The position numbers were made by a program, and so were the translations under genes. DNA of 64,000 nucleotides, from NCBI RefSeq assembly GCF_022539665.2, contig NC_081333.1, positions 10,850,001 to 10,914,000 on the forward strand. The letters run 5' to 3'. The notes under the pieces were generated by a model. It was not told the DNA's origin. It was given only the letters and a program-made list of their open reading frames with translations, and ran no database searches. Source of the DNA: Daphnia carinata. Taxonomy: Eukaryota. Below are positions 41,701 to 53,935 of this stretch, in pieces; the stretch's first letter is position 1; each line of letters begins with the position of its first letter.

Positions 41701-42100
41701 ATTTATTTTGTGCCTGTAGGTATCAGGTTGTTTTTGTTCCACCGGAATAATGCCTCACGTGCTATCTTAAATGATTGTACGTGATATCTAGTTCTGAAAC
41801 GCCCATTCAGTAGACGGCATGCTTGTTTTCCAATTCACCATATGAGTTATTGTATTTGTTGATTCTCTTTTTGCATTTATTACAGCTTCACGAAAACCCT
41901 CCCTATTATCTACGGACAATGATCCAGCTTGCTAATTGATTGCTTTAAACAAATGTAAGGGTATTTTCTAGTAGGTAAGTCCACTAACTTTTCACGTCAA
42001 TGCAAAGGTCCCAGAGTGTGATGAGGTAACTTGCAGAAATGAGCCAGCAAAGAGTTAAATTTCTTCCTCAACTAAGAACAGTAAACAAGTCTGAAGCGCC
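1..42100. other. Gene-poor non-coding region (intergenic desert or very large intron)
   Basis: All ORFs are short and dominated by poly-F/poly-K or dinucleotide-derived peptides from homopolymer and SSR runs. No recognisable domain was found on either strand. Small exons could have been missed. Confidence 0.7.
12256..12292. repeat. (CT)n microsatellite, representative of many SSRs in 1-41 kb
   Basis: Perfect CT run. Similar (CT/GA)n near 402-428, 7609-7633, 7672-7693, 13537-13569 and 23475-23497; (CA/TG)n near 2268-2289, 11107-11128, 16222-16243 and 30891-30916. Confidence 0.9.
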
Positions 42101-42152
42101 ATGAACCTTTTCAAATCTGTGGACATCTTCTTTTTTTCTTCATGATTATATA

Positions 42153-43696
42153 TCACAATTTCGAGGCCAAATAATTTTCTGAAGTTAAGGTCCCTTCAAG
42201 CAGATTAGCCACTTTCAAGGCGCATCCGTAAAACGTGGTCAAACCAGAACCTCCATGACCATAATTGTGTATGACCTGCAGAGACAACAATCGTAAAGTG
42301 ACGGCAATTATCAACGGGATTCAGAGGCAGTTATAACATATTGTGCGTAGAAATAGCTCCTGCATACCGTCAGCGGTTTGTCGTCGATCATCTTCTTCTC
42401 CAGTTCGACTCGTAGTTGACTGCGGCCTGGCCGCAACCCAACCCATTCGTATAAGATTTCCGCTTTCTACGTAATATTCAGTGCCCAATAAGCATATGTT
42501 TGTAAAATAAAGGGAAAAATTAGGAGATGTGTTGCGCTGCATTACAGCTATTATGTGGTAACGGCATGTTTATCAATTACCTCTAAAGAGGGGAACAGGG
42601 AAGTACAACCTTCGAGGATAAATTTGGCATCTTCTTTCCTGGGAATGGTATCCCACTGATCCTTATCATGCGTTCCTCCCAATACAACACTGTCCTGGCT
42701 GCTCAAAATAAGAGTAATGAAGAACATTCATTGAAAGGGAAATTGGAAGACCGGGTAAATACTTTGGGATGATGTAATTTCCAACATCACTGTCATCAAT
42801 CAAAATGGATTTTTGCCAGGGAGCTTTTATCTATATGTACAGTAAGGATATCATGTAACACAATGTTTTAACCGTTCCAGCAACTTGGCGAAAGACTTAC
42901 ACGAAAGATATGTCCACGGATCGGGTGAACTAATGTATCTTTGGCCAATTCTTTGGCTCCAATTCCAGAGCAATTGATAATTACATCAAAATCAGAAGCT
43001 AATTCTTCGAGACACTCTAGCCGTTTTACTACGACGTTGCCTCCTTTGCTGCGGAATTGCTCCATTAAATGTGGCATTAATTTGGATCCTTCACAGGTGA
43101 AAGTGACAAAACGATAGCCTTGCCTGCCAAGAAATGATATTTATTAGACGTCTGATTTCCGGTGTACGAGAAAATATTAACAGACTTCCACTGTGGTTTT
43201 TTGTAACGGGCCAATTCTTCTTTTTTGAGAACTTGAAATCCATAAACGAAATCGCTGTACGAGGGTATGGAACTCGGTGTGTCAGAAGTTTGTAAACATG
43301 GCACAAGGGACACTCCAAGCTTTCCACCTAAAGGTGAATTCCACAGTTCCCTTAAGAAATCCCATGTGCCCTTGGAATAAGCACTGCAAAAAGAAAATAT
43401 ATACTGAAAAATTATGCAACTTCAATTCTTTATCATAAACCTTACTAAACATCACTTTCAGGTGTATCTCCGAGAAGAAAAGGCATCCAGAGACCAGCTA
43501 GTGTTTTAACTGTTTAATTTTTTCAGTTTACTATATAGAACCTTGTGAACAAATTACCTGCTCCATCACTTGTTGTCCCAGGACTAAATTTGTCAGCAAA
43601 CAGGGTAATAGGTAGATGTGGAAATTTCTCTTGCAAAACCTTTGCAACACTCAGTCCAACTATTCCTGCTCCAATCACTGCTACTCTCACAACCAT
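42153..43696 (-). CDS. D-amino-acid oxidase / D-aspartate oxidase family FAD-dependent oxidase, peroxisomal (~339 aa, 8 exons)
   Basis: GT-AG exons on the minus strand: 43696-43558, 43497-43446, 43383-43186, 43123-42901, 42830-42763, 42698-42581, 42466-42368, 42275-42153 (1020 nt, in frame). Motifs: VAVIGAGIVG (FAD GxGxxG), TTSDGAAG, IINCSGIGA, PIRG, YIIP, VLGGT, WVGLRP, VIHNYGHGGSG, C-terminal SKL (PTS1). DAO versus DDO is not resolved. Confidence 0.93.
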
Positions 43697-43739
43697 CTCA
43701 AGAGTTTTGAATCCAACACAATATCACAGATAGCCACTA

Positions 43740-44150
43740 TCAATCTAGTCTGGATTTCCTAGACCTTATTTTAGTGGGACTGCTGATAGCTGCAACACTG
43801 GATGCCTCTGAATTAGGTTCAGAAACAGTTCCTAGTAGCTCTCGGACAAACTTGAATCGTGACAAGAAGAATTTCCAAACAAGAAACCAACCTAAAACAG
43901 ACCAAGTGATCTTTATTGAGTATAGAAGTTTTGAAAAAATTTTATAGGGGCTCATATGGTACTAAATTGAAAAGAATGAAAGCACGTATCAGTTGGAAAA
44001 CTAAAACTCTAGATAACTGTCGTTTAACTATCGCCTCTAGTAATGGCAATGATTGAAGAAAATACCTATTCCAACAATGCTCAAAACAATAATAACAGAA
44101 GCCACCAATCCCAGGATCACGAGCAGTATATCCGTGACGAAATGGCTCAT
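43740..44150 (-). CDS. SMIM13: Small integral membrane protein 13-like, 78 aa, 2 exons
   Basis: Exon 1 44150-44066 (MSHFVTDILLVILGLVASVIIVLSIVGI, hydrophobic; GTATTT donor). Exon 2 43891-43740 (TTTTAG acceptor; GWFLVWKFFLSRFKFVRELLGTVSEPNSEASSVAAISSPTKIRSRKSRLD*). The core matches the human SMIM13 motif GWYFVWHLFLSKFKFLRELVG as recalled. Confidence 0.85.
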
Positions 44151-45048
44151 TTTTAACAAACATTTACATTAATTATGCTTCGCCATGTTAACACACGGAC
44201 AAAGTTCGTGCTTTATCAAAGTTGTTGTCTTGTTGACGATTCGTTCATAATAAAACATTAAAGGCCTGTCCACTATTTAGCAAACCAAGGTTTGGTCAAG
44301 GTATACGTACAAGGTTTGCCATCTGCAATGAGAAAGAGGAAGTTCTGATGAATAGTATAAATCAAAATGAGAAATGATTTCATTTCATTTCGATAATTGG
44401 CCAGATTTACTGATCCCTATAATTTATCTACTAAATATAACAACTATTTTTAAAATTTGTAATTTGATCAATCAACAAATGCAAATAATGCCCTTTCGTT
44501 TTCCTATAGAGGACCCAAATATTTTCTGGTGATTATAAATTAAGCTATACCAGGGTTTCGTATTTTGTGTATTTTGATATTTTATTATTGCATTATTAGA
44601 AAGATGTGCGTAGATTTCGAAGCATGCTACGCTGACTAGTGACTAATAGTCAACTTTTTCGTAATGGTTTTGCCGCCATTTTTGCCGTAGCGGAAGTCTA
44701 CGTTATGCTACGCGCAGACTAAATAGTCCCGTAAAATATATACGTTATCAGTACAATTAGTTAATGTCATTATTTTTTAACTAAATAAAAATTCAAGTTT
44801 ATTTTTTCAAGATCCAGTGTGTGCCCCACTTTGTCCAAATATTGGATTGAGGTAATCGAGGAATTCTTTTGAAATAGAGCCTCCGCCTGGTGGTTTTTTT
44901 TTGCCACCATGTGGGACTACTCACCGGTTTTACTGAATCCAACCCTAGTCGGTAGCCGTTTGATTCTTTCACGCCAGCCCATTAACAAGTCCTAGACATT
45001 TTTTACGGCTGAAAGATCTGTGATATTTATTAAATAAAAGGAGGGAAA
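44151..45048. promoter_or_regulatory. Divergent (head-to-head) promoter region shared by SMIM13-like/oxidase and importin beta
   Basis: Start codons point away from each other about 900 bp apart. YY1-like GCCATNTT motifs near 44182 and 44675. Confidence 0.5.
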
Positions 45049-48000
45049 ATGGTGCCCGAACCCAATATTCAACTAATTCAAATTTTGGAGAAAACCGTAT
45101 CGTCAGGTTAGTTGGTTTTATATTATTTTTTTACATTCACAATACGGCATGGTTACAACGCCATTGATCTTCTAGTTTACGAATGCTTTTTCTAACTGCC
45201 ATTCACATTTGTTTTCACAGAAAAGAATGAATTGGAAGCAGCCCAAAGTTATCTTGAACAAGCTGCTAGGGGGAATCTGGTGAGTAATGGTTCTTTATAA
45301 GTCATTTGGCTGTAGACCTTCTGTTACCAAGTGAAACTCCACCAGACACAAGAAATTTTATAGTGGCCTACCATTATTGTTGCTTGTGAGTGCTCATATA
45401 CATTAAAAATGTAATTGTTGGATTGTCATTTCTTTAAGGTGGAATTTATCAGAGCCTTATCTGATATTCTTGCCCATGGAGCCAATAGCCCTGTTGCCCG
45501 GATGGCAGCTGGTCTGCAGTTGAAAAATTGCCTGACTTCTAAAGATACAGATGTTAAGCTAGAGTACCAACAAAGATGGTTGTCGTTCCCACCCGACCTA
45601 AGGGCCTATGTCAAAAAGAACATTTTAGCTGCCTTGGGAACAGAGACTATTCGACCCAGTTCTGCTGCCCAGTGTGTTGCGTATATGGCAGTTGCTGAAC
45701 TGCCAGTCAGTCAATGGCCAGAACTTATTTCAGTACTTGTTGCCAATGTCACTGCAGCCAACAGCACTGAAATGGTTCGTGAAGCCACACTTGAAACTAT
45801 TGGATACATTTGCCAGGATATTGTAAGTGGCTTCATCAAGATTATAAATTTCAATTCTGATCAAATTGGCAAGAGGCATATCAATTATATTTTTTTTTTT
45901 CTAAATTAGGATGCTGAGGTGTTAGCAACTCAGTCGAACGAGATCCTTACCGCCATCGTTCATGGTATGAAGCGCGAAGAACCAAGTAACCACGTCAGAT
46001 TGGCCGCCACAACTGCATTGTTGAATTCTTTGGAGTTCACCAAAGCCAACTTTGATAAAGAAGTATATTCCTCGGTTAGTTTGATCAGTCAATTTTTTAC
46101 CGATATATTTTTTTTTACGTAGAGTGAACGCCACTTCATTATGCAAGTTGTATGTGAAGCAACGCAGTCACCTGACACCAAAGTGCGTGTTGCAGCTCTT
46201 CAATGCCTGGTCAAAATTATGTCTCTCTATTATCAATACATGGAGCACTATATGGGACCTGCGCTTTTCGCCGTAAGTCACAATAATGAATAGAAGAAAG
46301 GAATATTAAAGCATAAAATTTCTGAATAGATTACCCTGGAAGCGATGAGATCGGAAATCGATGAAATCGCCCTTCAAGGTATTGAATTCTGGTCGAACGT
46401 TTGCGATGAGGAAGTGGATTTGGCCATCGAGGCTAGCGAGGCTGCTGAAATGGGGCGTCCTCCCGAGCATACTTCGAAATTTTACGCCAAGGGCGCGCTT
46501 CAGTACTTAGTTCCCGTATTGATGCAAACCCTGACCAAACAAGAAGAGTATGATGACGAGGACGATTGGAATCCTTGTAAGGCAGCTGGCGTATGCCTCA
46601 TGTTGTTAGCTAACTGCTGTGAAGATGTTATTGTTCCTCACGTGCTTCCGTTCGTCAAGGAAAATATTGAGGTAGAGACGTTCGTATTTTATATCTTCCG
46701 TGTGACAAGTAAGTTTAATACTTCTTTCTTTAGAATCCTGATTGGCGTTTCCGCGATGCTGCTGTCATGGCTTTTGGCTCCATTCTCGAAGGGCCTGATG
46801 CCACACAGTTAAAGCCAATTGTAGAACAAGCCATGCCTTTCCTGTTTAAATTGATGCATGATACCAGCGTTAATGTTCGCGATACTGCAGCATGGACGAT
46901 AGGACGTGTTTGTGAAATCATTCCCGATGCCGCTGTAGCCCCTCCGAATTTGCAGCCATTGCTTCAAGCGTTAGTCACTGGACTGACTGCAGAACCTCGT
47001 GTTGCCTCTAATGTCTGCTGGGCGTTCTCAAGCCTTGCTGAAGCTGCCTATGAAACTGCATCACAGGTATTTAATTTCTTTTTATCCGAAATTATTTTTA
47101 AAATATATATATATGTATTGTGTTAATGAACAGGCTACTGACGGAAATGAACCGGACTCCTACTGCCTATCTGAATATTTTGAGCCAATTGTTCAGAAAT
47201 TGTTGGAAACTACCGATAGACCAGACGCTGCCCAAGCTAATCTTCGTGCCGCTGCCTATGAAGCTTTAATGGAAATGGTCAAAAACTCTCCCAAGGACTG
47301 CTATCTCACCGTTCAAAAGACTACAATGGTGATCTTGGAGCGATTGCAACAGGTATTTCTGCCAACATATTTTCCAGAATTATATAAATATTTTGGATTT
47401 TTCTATCAAGGTCCTTAACATGGAATCCCATGTGTCATCGCACTCGGATCGAGTCCAGTACAACGATCTGCAGTCCCTACTTTGCGCCACGCTTCAAAGC
47501 GTACTTCGTAAAGTCACCCCAGAAGATGCGCCCAAGATTTCCGACCCGATCATGGCGGCCCTGCTGCAGATGTTCAATTCGAGCGCTGGGCCAAACCGAG
47601 CTGGTGGTGTTCAGGAGGACGCGTTGATGGCAGTGGCTACTTTGACTGAAGTTCTTGGCGAAGGCTTCATCAAGTACATGGAAGCTTTCCGCCCCTATCT
47701 CATCATGGGATTGAGGAACCACGCTGAAACCACCATATGTCAGGCGTCGGTTGGTTTGGTTGGTGATATTTGCCGAGCCCTTGGTGTCAAGATTCTTCCC
47801 TTCTGCGATTCGATTATGTCGCTTCTCTTGGAAACGCTTGGCAACAATGATGTCGATCGGAAAGTGAAACCACAAATTCTGGCTGTATTTGGAGATATGG
47901 CTTTGGCCATCGGCCCAGAATTCAAGAAATACCTTGAACTGGTTCTTGGCATGCTTCACCAGGCATCTCAGGCCCAAGTCAACCGGGTAATTATAGTTTT

Positions 48001-48500
48001 TAAGATTTTATCCATATAAATTTCTTCAGTACCTGGTTTTCCTCAGAACGATTTCGACATCATGGATTACTTGAACGAGTTGAGAGAATGCTGTTTGGAA
48101 GCATACACTGGAATTGTTCAAGGTCTCAAAGGAGAAGACAAGGAAACGATTGGCACCGATGTTCAACTTCTACTTCCGCATGTTCCACACATGATCAATT
48201 TCATCACGACGATCGCGAGAGACAGGGAGAAGTCGGACGGAACGATTTCCGCTGCCGCTGGCCTTATCGGGTATACAATTATTGTTATCGTGAGTGGTAT
48301 CAATCTAATTTTGTTTAATTTTCCACAGCGATCTTTGTTCGGCATTTGGTCACCAGTTATTGCCATTTGTTGATACTGAACCCATCACCGAGATGTTGAC
48401 AATTGGCCGACGATCAAAGACAGGAAAAACTAAAACGCTGTCGAACTGGGCCACGAAGGAAATCCGTCGCCTGAAGAGCTCAGTCACTGCTAGTTGGTGA
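45049..48500 (+). CDS. KPNB1: Importin subunit beta-1 (karyopherin beta-1 / Ketel ortholog), ~889 aa, 11 exons
   Basis: Exons 45049-45106, 45221-45279, 45439-45822, 45910-46062, 46123-46272, 46330-46671, 46734-47066, 47134-47352, 47411-47986, 48047-48270, 48329-48500 (2670 nt, in frame). Diagnostic segments: [26 protein letters not shown], acidic loop [37 protein letters not shown]. Confidence 0.97.
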
Positions 48501-51390
48501 GTATTTCAGCTGCTAGCGTATTTTAGTTTCAAAGTGAGAGGAACGCTTTATTCTAGTTAATTTCATTTTAAATTACCCTTATTTTTATCCATAAAGTTAA
48601 GTTATTTTATCTTAGGTTAGGTACGTATAGTACGATAAACATTGGTTCTAAGGTTGATTGTGAGTGAAAGAGTATGGATATGAATGCGATTCTTTGTCTT
48701 ATTGTCTGTTGCAGATTGGCCAAATGAATGGTACGCATGCGCGTGAAGCAAAAGAGAAAATACGTGAACATTTTGATGATGAAGCGTGAGTGGTGGATGA
48801 AAGTGAATCGGACTATGCCTACTAGTATCTCTTTTCAAAACTTGAAAACTTATTCCTCACTTCAGTACACCTACACGCAGTCTTCCATCCTCTATCTCTT
48901 CTGTCTTTCCTTATTTTTTTTTACGGAAACCATCGCACCAATTCCTCTTCCTCGCCAGCACTAGTTCGCCCTTCCGTTTCAGTCTCTTTTCCTCCCTTTT
49001 TCCGTTTATTTTGGTTGAACGCTGTACGAATGTCCGAACGGATGTCTGCGAGCGTGTGAGTGTATGTATGTGTACAAGTAACATATCCATCATGTATGTC
49101 TGTATGTGTGCGAATGGGAAGTCGGTCAATTGATCTGTATGGAAAGATGTGAGAAAATGAGACGTGAAACTTGTATGATTGAAGTGTCGGGGAGGGAATT
49201 CGAGTAAATGAGTGAGCGAAAGAGAATTTGCACGCAAGGGCGACCTTAGTGTCAAACCAGTTCTATCAATTTCTCTCTTCCCCCTTTCTATCTAATTAAG
49301 GTTTTCCACTTAATCCAAGAAAAAAAGGGAAGGGCTTGCACATTTAGCTAAACCAACGACTGATAACGCGGGAAAAACGACTTTATACTGACGTGAGTGT
49401 GTGCGTGAATGTATGTTTCGGGTTTGTTTCATGTAGTAAGAATCTTAGATGTCCTTGCCAGCCTTTGAAAAAGATATTCACCATCGTAAGGGATAGTGCG
49501 TGTTGATTCCATTCCAATTTATATTACCGACCGATATCTATAATTTGGCCAGCTTATGAGACATGGTAATAAGCGAATAGTGATCTTTTTTTATTTTAAC
49601 ATTTCCCCAACAATTTAGAATCTAATCATTAATTTCAAACGCTCTTAATTTGGTCGAGTCATACCTGTTGTAAATGAGAATACCAAGTACCTTTAAAAGT
49701 AAAAGCTCATCTAAGAGAGGGCGAATTGTTTAGAAATAGTGAACTAGAACTTGGTAATTAGATTGGAATAGAAGAAAAAAAAAAGTTTTTGCGAATTGTA
49801 ATTTCGGTGAATGAAGAAATGATGGGGAATTTTGTAACGAAACAATGTGTGAATGGAACTCTCCGGTGTAACTGAAACTGTGTAAATGTGACCGACTTAA
49901 TACTTCTTAACGTGACTAATAAATGTGCGCAGTGCGGGCCCTTGAAAAAAAAACAAAACATTACTCGCCTTCATTACAGTATTTAGCACGAACGATTACA
50001 AAGTACTAATCTAGTGACTGAGAATCAAAGAGATCGGACATTCCTTCCTGTCTTAAAATTTTTATTATTTCATCACGTTTCGATTTTAAATCGAAATCTT
50101 TCGATGCAAGTGGTTTGTATCTTCCGTTTCATGTTTTATTTAATATTTTTTTTTTAATAACTACGCTCAATTAATGGGAAACGTACCCCATACCTTCAGT
50201 GGAAAAGCTTGTGTCTACTTGCCAACTTTTCACTCTAAACTACTTACTGGTTCTTGCAGCAGTAAACGGTGTGATTGCATCTTTGTCTTTAATTAATACA
50301 AATATTCGTCGTGATTTTTTAATTTGGTTTGAAAAACGAGATTTGTACGCCTTGGTGGATGTTTTTGCCCGCAATTGAAATATGGTAGGTATAGAATTTA
50401 ACACCTTACATTTGTGACTGATATAGATTGTTGCGGTCTTTATCCAGGTGGTAAATGAAAGAAGAAAAATCCGTGTTTGGTAACCAGGAAACAACGAGTA
50501 ACTGTTAGAGGTAAACCAGTGTCGGTCAGTCTTACGGTAAAAGCTTGTGTAATATATATATAACAAATAAATACAAATTTTGAGGGATTTTAGTTCACCG
50601 TACCAGAAACCTTCGGTCTGTTATGTATTGTTACGGTTGAGAAAGCTGTAAAGGGCCATCTTTTTCCGTCTCGGCGTCGTGTGTGAAATAGGTGAGTGTA
50701 GGCTGACGTACCCCCGAAGGCCGCATGCACCGTACGGAATTCCTTTTTTAAAGCGCTATTTGATGTTGGCGTTTCTTCCTCCTAGCCAATTGCTGAAAAA
50801 AGAAAAGAACAAAAAAAAAATTGTGGAACATCTGAAAATATTTGCTAATCTATCATTGTGGATTTTCTGCTTAAAACGGATCTTTGGATTATTCGATGAA
50901 ATGGAAGGTTTCGGATGGATTTAATGTGGGACTCCATTAACTCGCAGCTGTTGTAAGGTAACGGTTCATACTACAAGAAATGCATAACAATGTGGTACTC
51001 GATAAGACTCTGCGCATTAGGAAAACAGAAGGTCAAAAATGATTACTGCCTGCACTCCATTTCATTTGGGAAATGGCACCTGTAAGGAAATACTGGAGGA
51101 ATTAGAAGAAATAGAAAGGATTTCGGGCGACCGTTTTCCCCTTGATTGAAGCGAAGGGGAACAGGGCACATTCATGGTTATAACATTCATGGCTGTTTGC
51201 CCGTTTCCCTTACCTGACGGGTCTCTTACCTGTTGAACCTCCTCTCCTTTATCATCTTGCTCTTTCTCCTGCTTTTCTTCCTCCGGTTCCCTTTCCTCTC
51301 TCTTTCTTCCTCCCCTTCACTTTGTCGGTTAGTGGTGGCGCATTTCGGTCTGGCTGGCAATGGCAGCATTCAGCAGCAGTTGGTAGAGAT

Positions 51391-51536
51391 TCAGTCGAGT
51401 CGAGTCGCTACGCTAGTTGAGAATCCCCTTCACCTCCGCTCTCTCTCTTTCTTCAGTTTTCAACAATCACAAGGAAAACTAGGATGTGCTCTTGGACCGG
51501 ATTTTGATTAGCACATCGTCTACTCCATATTCAAAG
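51391..51536 (+). promoter_or_regulatory. Putative distal TSS and non-coding first exon of chitin synthase
   Basis: Arthropod initiator TCAGTC at 51391, downstream of a CT-rich tract (51240-51320). Strong donor AAG|GTAAGA at 51536/51537. Contains only a short uORF (ATG 51484, 7 codons). Confidence 0.5.
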
Positions 51537-53162
51537 GTAAGACATTTTTCTTTTATCGATTTCTTTCTTTTTGTCTTTGTTTTAGTGCATATTGCGGTGT
51601 TTCATAGACAGCATCTGGGGTACTGGGTAGTTGCGGTTTTGGGGTCTCTTGTTTTTTGTGTGTGTGTGAGCGTTTTGGCCCTTGCCAATGCCGTGCAGTG
51701 TTCGTGTTGTTTTGTCCAGCCTGGCGTTCTGCCTTCCATCGTGGTATGGCAACTTCGAGCGACGACCTACTTTCTCGTCTTCTCAGTTTTCGACACGGAT
51801 TAGCGGTTCGAACATATTTTCAGTGTAACCCCAAACTCAGATGTGTTTATCATAGTTCTAGCAAAATTCTTGAACTATTTTTCGGCGTCGCGTGTCCCTA
51901 ATTCTTGTCATTTATAGATTTATGAATCAGTTTTCGTTCAGTACGTATTCCTTCAAACTGAATTCGACAGTCACGTACAGCGTAACACGTAAGCCTGGCT
52001 ACATTCTAGTGAAAGGATGAAATTATGCGTACACTATTGCGTGGGTGACTTTGACGAACGGTGGTTGCTCTAGCTCTTGCATTCTATAGTACATACCCAA
52101 GACACGAGAAAGGAACTGGATCAGCTTTTCAAAATTTAATGCACATTCCGTGTACACCTATAATATACAGGTTGATATCCGATTAAAAGTAAAAGCTAGG
52201 GCGTTGGAGAAAAAAAAAAACGTACGTAACCAGATTCTTTGATGAAGTTGAAACGAAAGAGGGAAAGTTTGTGTAACGTTTCGTAATGTAAGGATCTGAT
52301 TCAGGCGTGGGCGGAGTATGTGTGGAGGAGGGAAGTAAGCTTCGGGAACTCTTTTCTAAAGGAGAAAGAGAAGGTCATGTATCTTTTAGTATAATAGAAG
52401 GATACGTTCTAATGAATATCAAGAAAGGAACAAACAATAAATCGAATATGGCCCTTCTTGGTTGTGTGGTATCTCCCAAAAAGGGGGAACCGGAAGGTCC
52501 ATTATTCTTCACCAAGGTTTTGTGCAATGATTTCGTGGTCTCTGTCCCCTCTTGCGTACTCACCTGAGCCAAGTCTGCTGTTATTTATACTTTTGTGAGT
52601 TTCTGTTTGCTAACAGCAATAAAGAAATGATCAATTAGAAAATAGCCACATTCCCTGGGCGCAATTTTTCCTTATCTGGTGGGAATCGATAATGCCCGAT
52701 GTGTCAAAAACATCATTTCCGAAAAAAATATGCAGAAAAAGAAAATGCGAAGCGTACACTTAACCTCGATTTTATCTTTTCGGAAGAGTATTCCCACCTT
52801 AAAGGTTATGTGCACAGTTGGTTCGTGACTGACACATATTTCTTCCTACTGCCGTGAAGAAGAAAAAAGGGAAGAATTACACGGGCGGAACTTGGTCATT
52901 TGCATGGAGAAAACAAAAATAGGAACATCGACCCCCATTTTTGATGCATTTTAAAAGGCCAAGTAAAATTTTTTGGGTGTTTTTTTTTCCCTTTTAGTCC
53001 CTTCCTCTCTTTTGTCTTTCGTTCTCTCCCCTTTGAGAAAGCATGATCGATATGCCGCGGGAGTTAGCTGTTGTTACACTTGTTTCTCCCCTGCAGCCAT
53101 TCAAACGGAACGGGAGAGAAAAAGAACAAAAATTCACATTCAAACGGGAGGGGTTTCATATA

Positions 53163-53205
53163 CATATTAAGACAGTGTCCCTACCTGAAACAACGTCAGT
53201 CGGTG
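53163..53205 (+). promoter_or_regulatory. Putative proximal (alternative) chitin synthase core promoter
   Basis: TATA-like TATTAA at 53165-53170 about 30 bp upstream of initiator TCAGTC at 53196-53201, just upstream of the candidate exon at 53373. Confidence 0.4.
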
Positions 53206-53372
53206 TCTTGACCACTCACTAGTGAAGGTGCGTCGCTCGTGCCAGCCCTTTTTTTTTTTTTTTACATGTACTCGTGTGTATGTGTGTGTAAATGTGCCGC
53301 CTAAAACAGTAGGGATTGGATTATTTGCATATAGACTCATGTTTGAATCGTGAAGCCACTGTCTAATAAACT

Positions 53373-53588
53373 ATGGCTAGCAAAGATCGCGCTGTGTATA
53401 GTAAACGGTTGACACCGGGTCGGAGTAGTAGCTCCCAAGACACTTCCACCTCTGATTATGGTCGAGTGATTCATAGCAACTTCCATTTTGCCGAAGGTCC
53501 TAGTGCCCTTTACTCGGGCCGAAGGAGTGCCCTAGAAGACGCCAGTCCCATAAACAAACCGCTCGTCAGTTTAGATGTTAACATTGAT
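53373..53588 (+). CDS. Candidate alternative first coding exon of chitin synthase (72 codons)
   Basis: ATG at 53373, open for 216 nt to a consensus GTAAGT donor at 53589. Splicing to the TATAG acceptor ending at 53884 gives 17 more open codons in frame with ATG 53936. Confidence 0.55.
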
Positions 53589-53935
53589 GTAAGTTTGCCG
53601 TTAACTTTAGCGCGACAACTATCCGTAAAAATGTAATTCATTGACCTGTTTCCCGTGGAATTTTATGAACGCAAAGGTGGAAACAAAAAAGTAGAATGTT
53701 CCGCCTTTGCAGTTGACCTAATTTTGACTGTTGGTGATCACGACCGCAGAGTGTGTATCTTCTTGGGAATGAAATGGGTCGGCCGGAAGATGGTTCTCGA
53801 ACAATTGTTACAAGCTGTGACGATACTATTGTAATTTTAATTCAAATTGAACAAGTTTCCCTATTTTTCTTCTTCAAATTATAGTCAAAGAACAGCGTGA
53901 GCAGCCGAGGGAAACGGGTGCGAAGTGTCAACACG

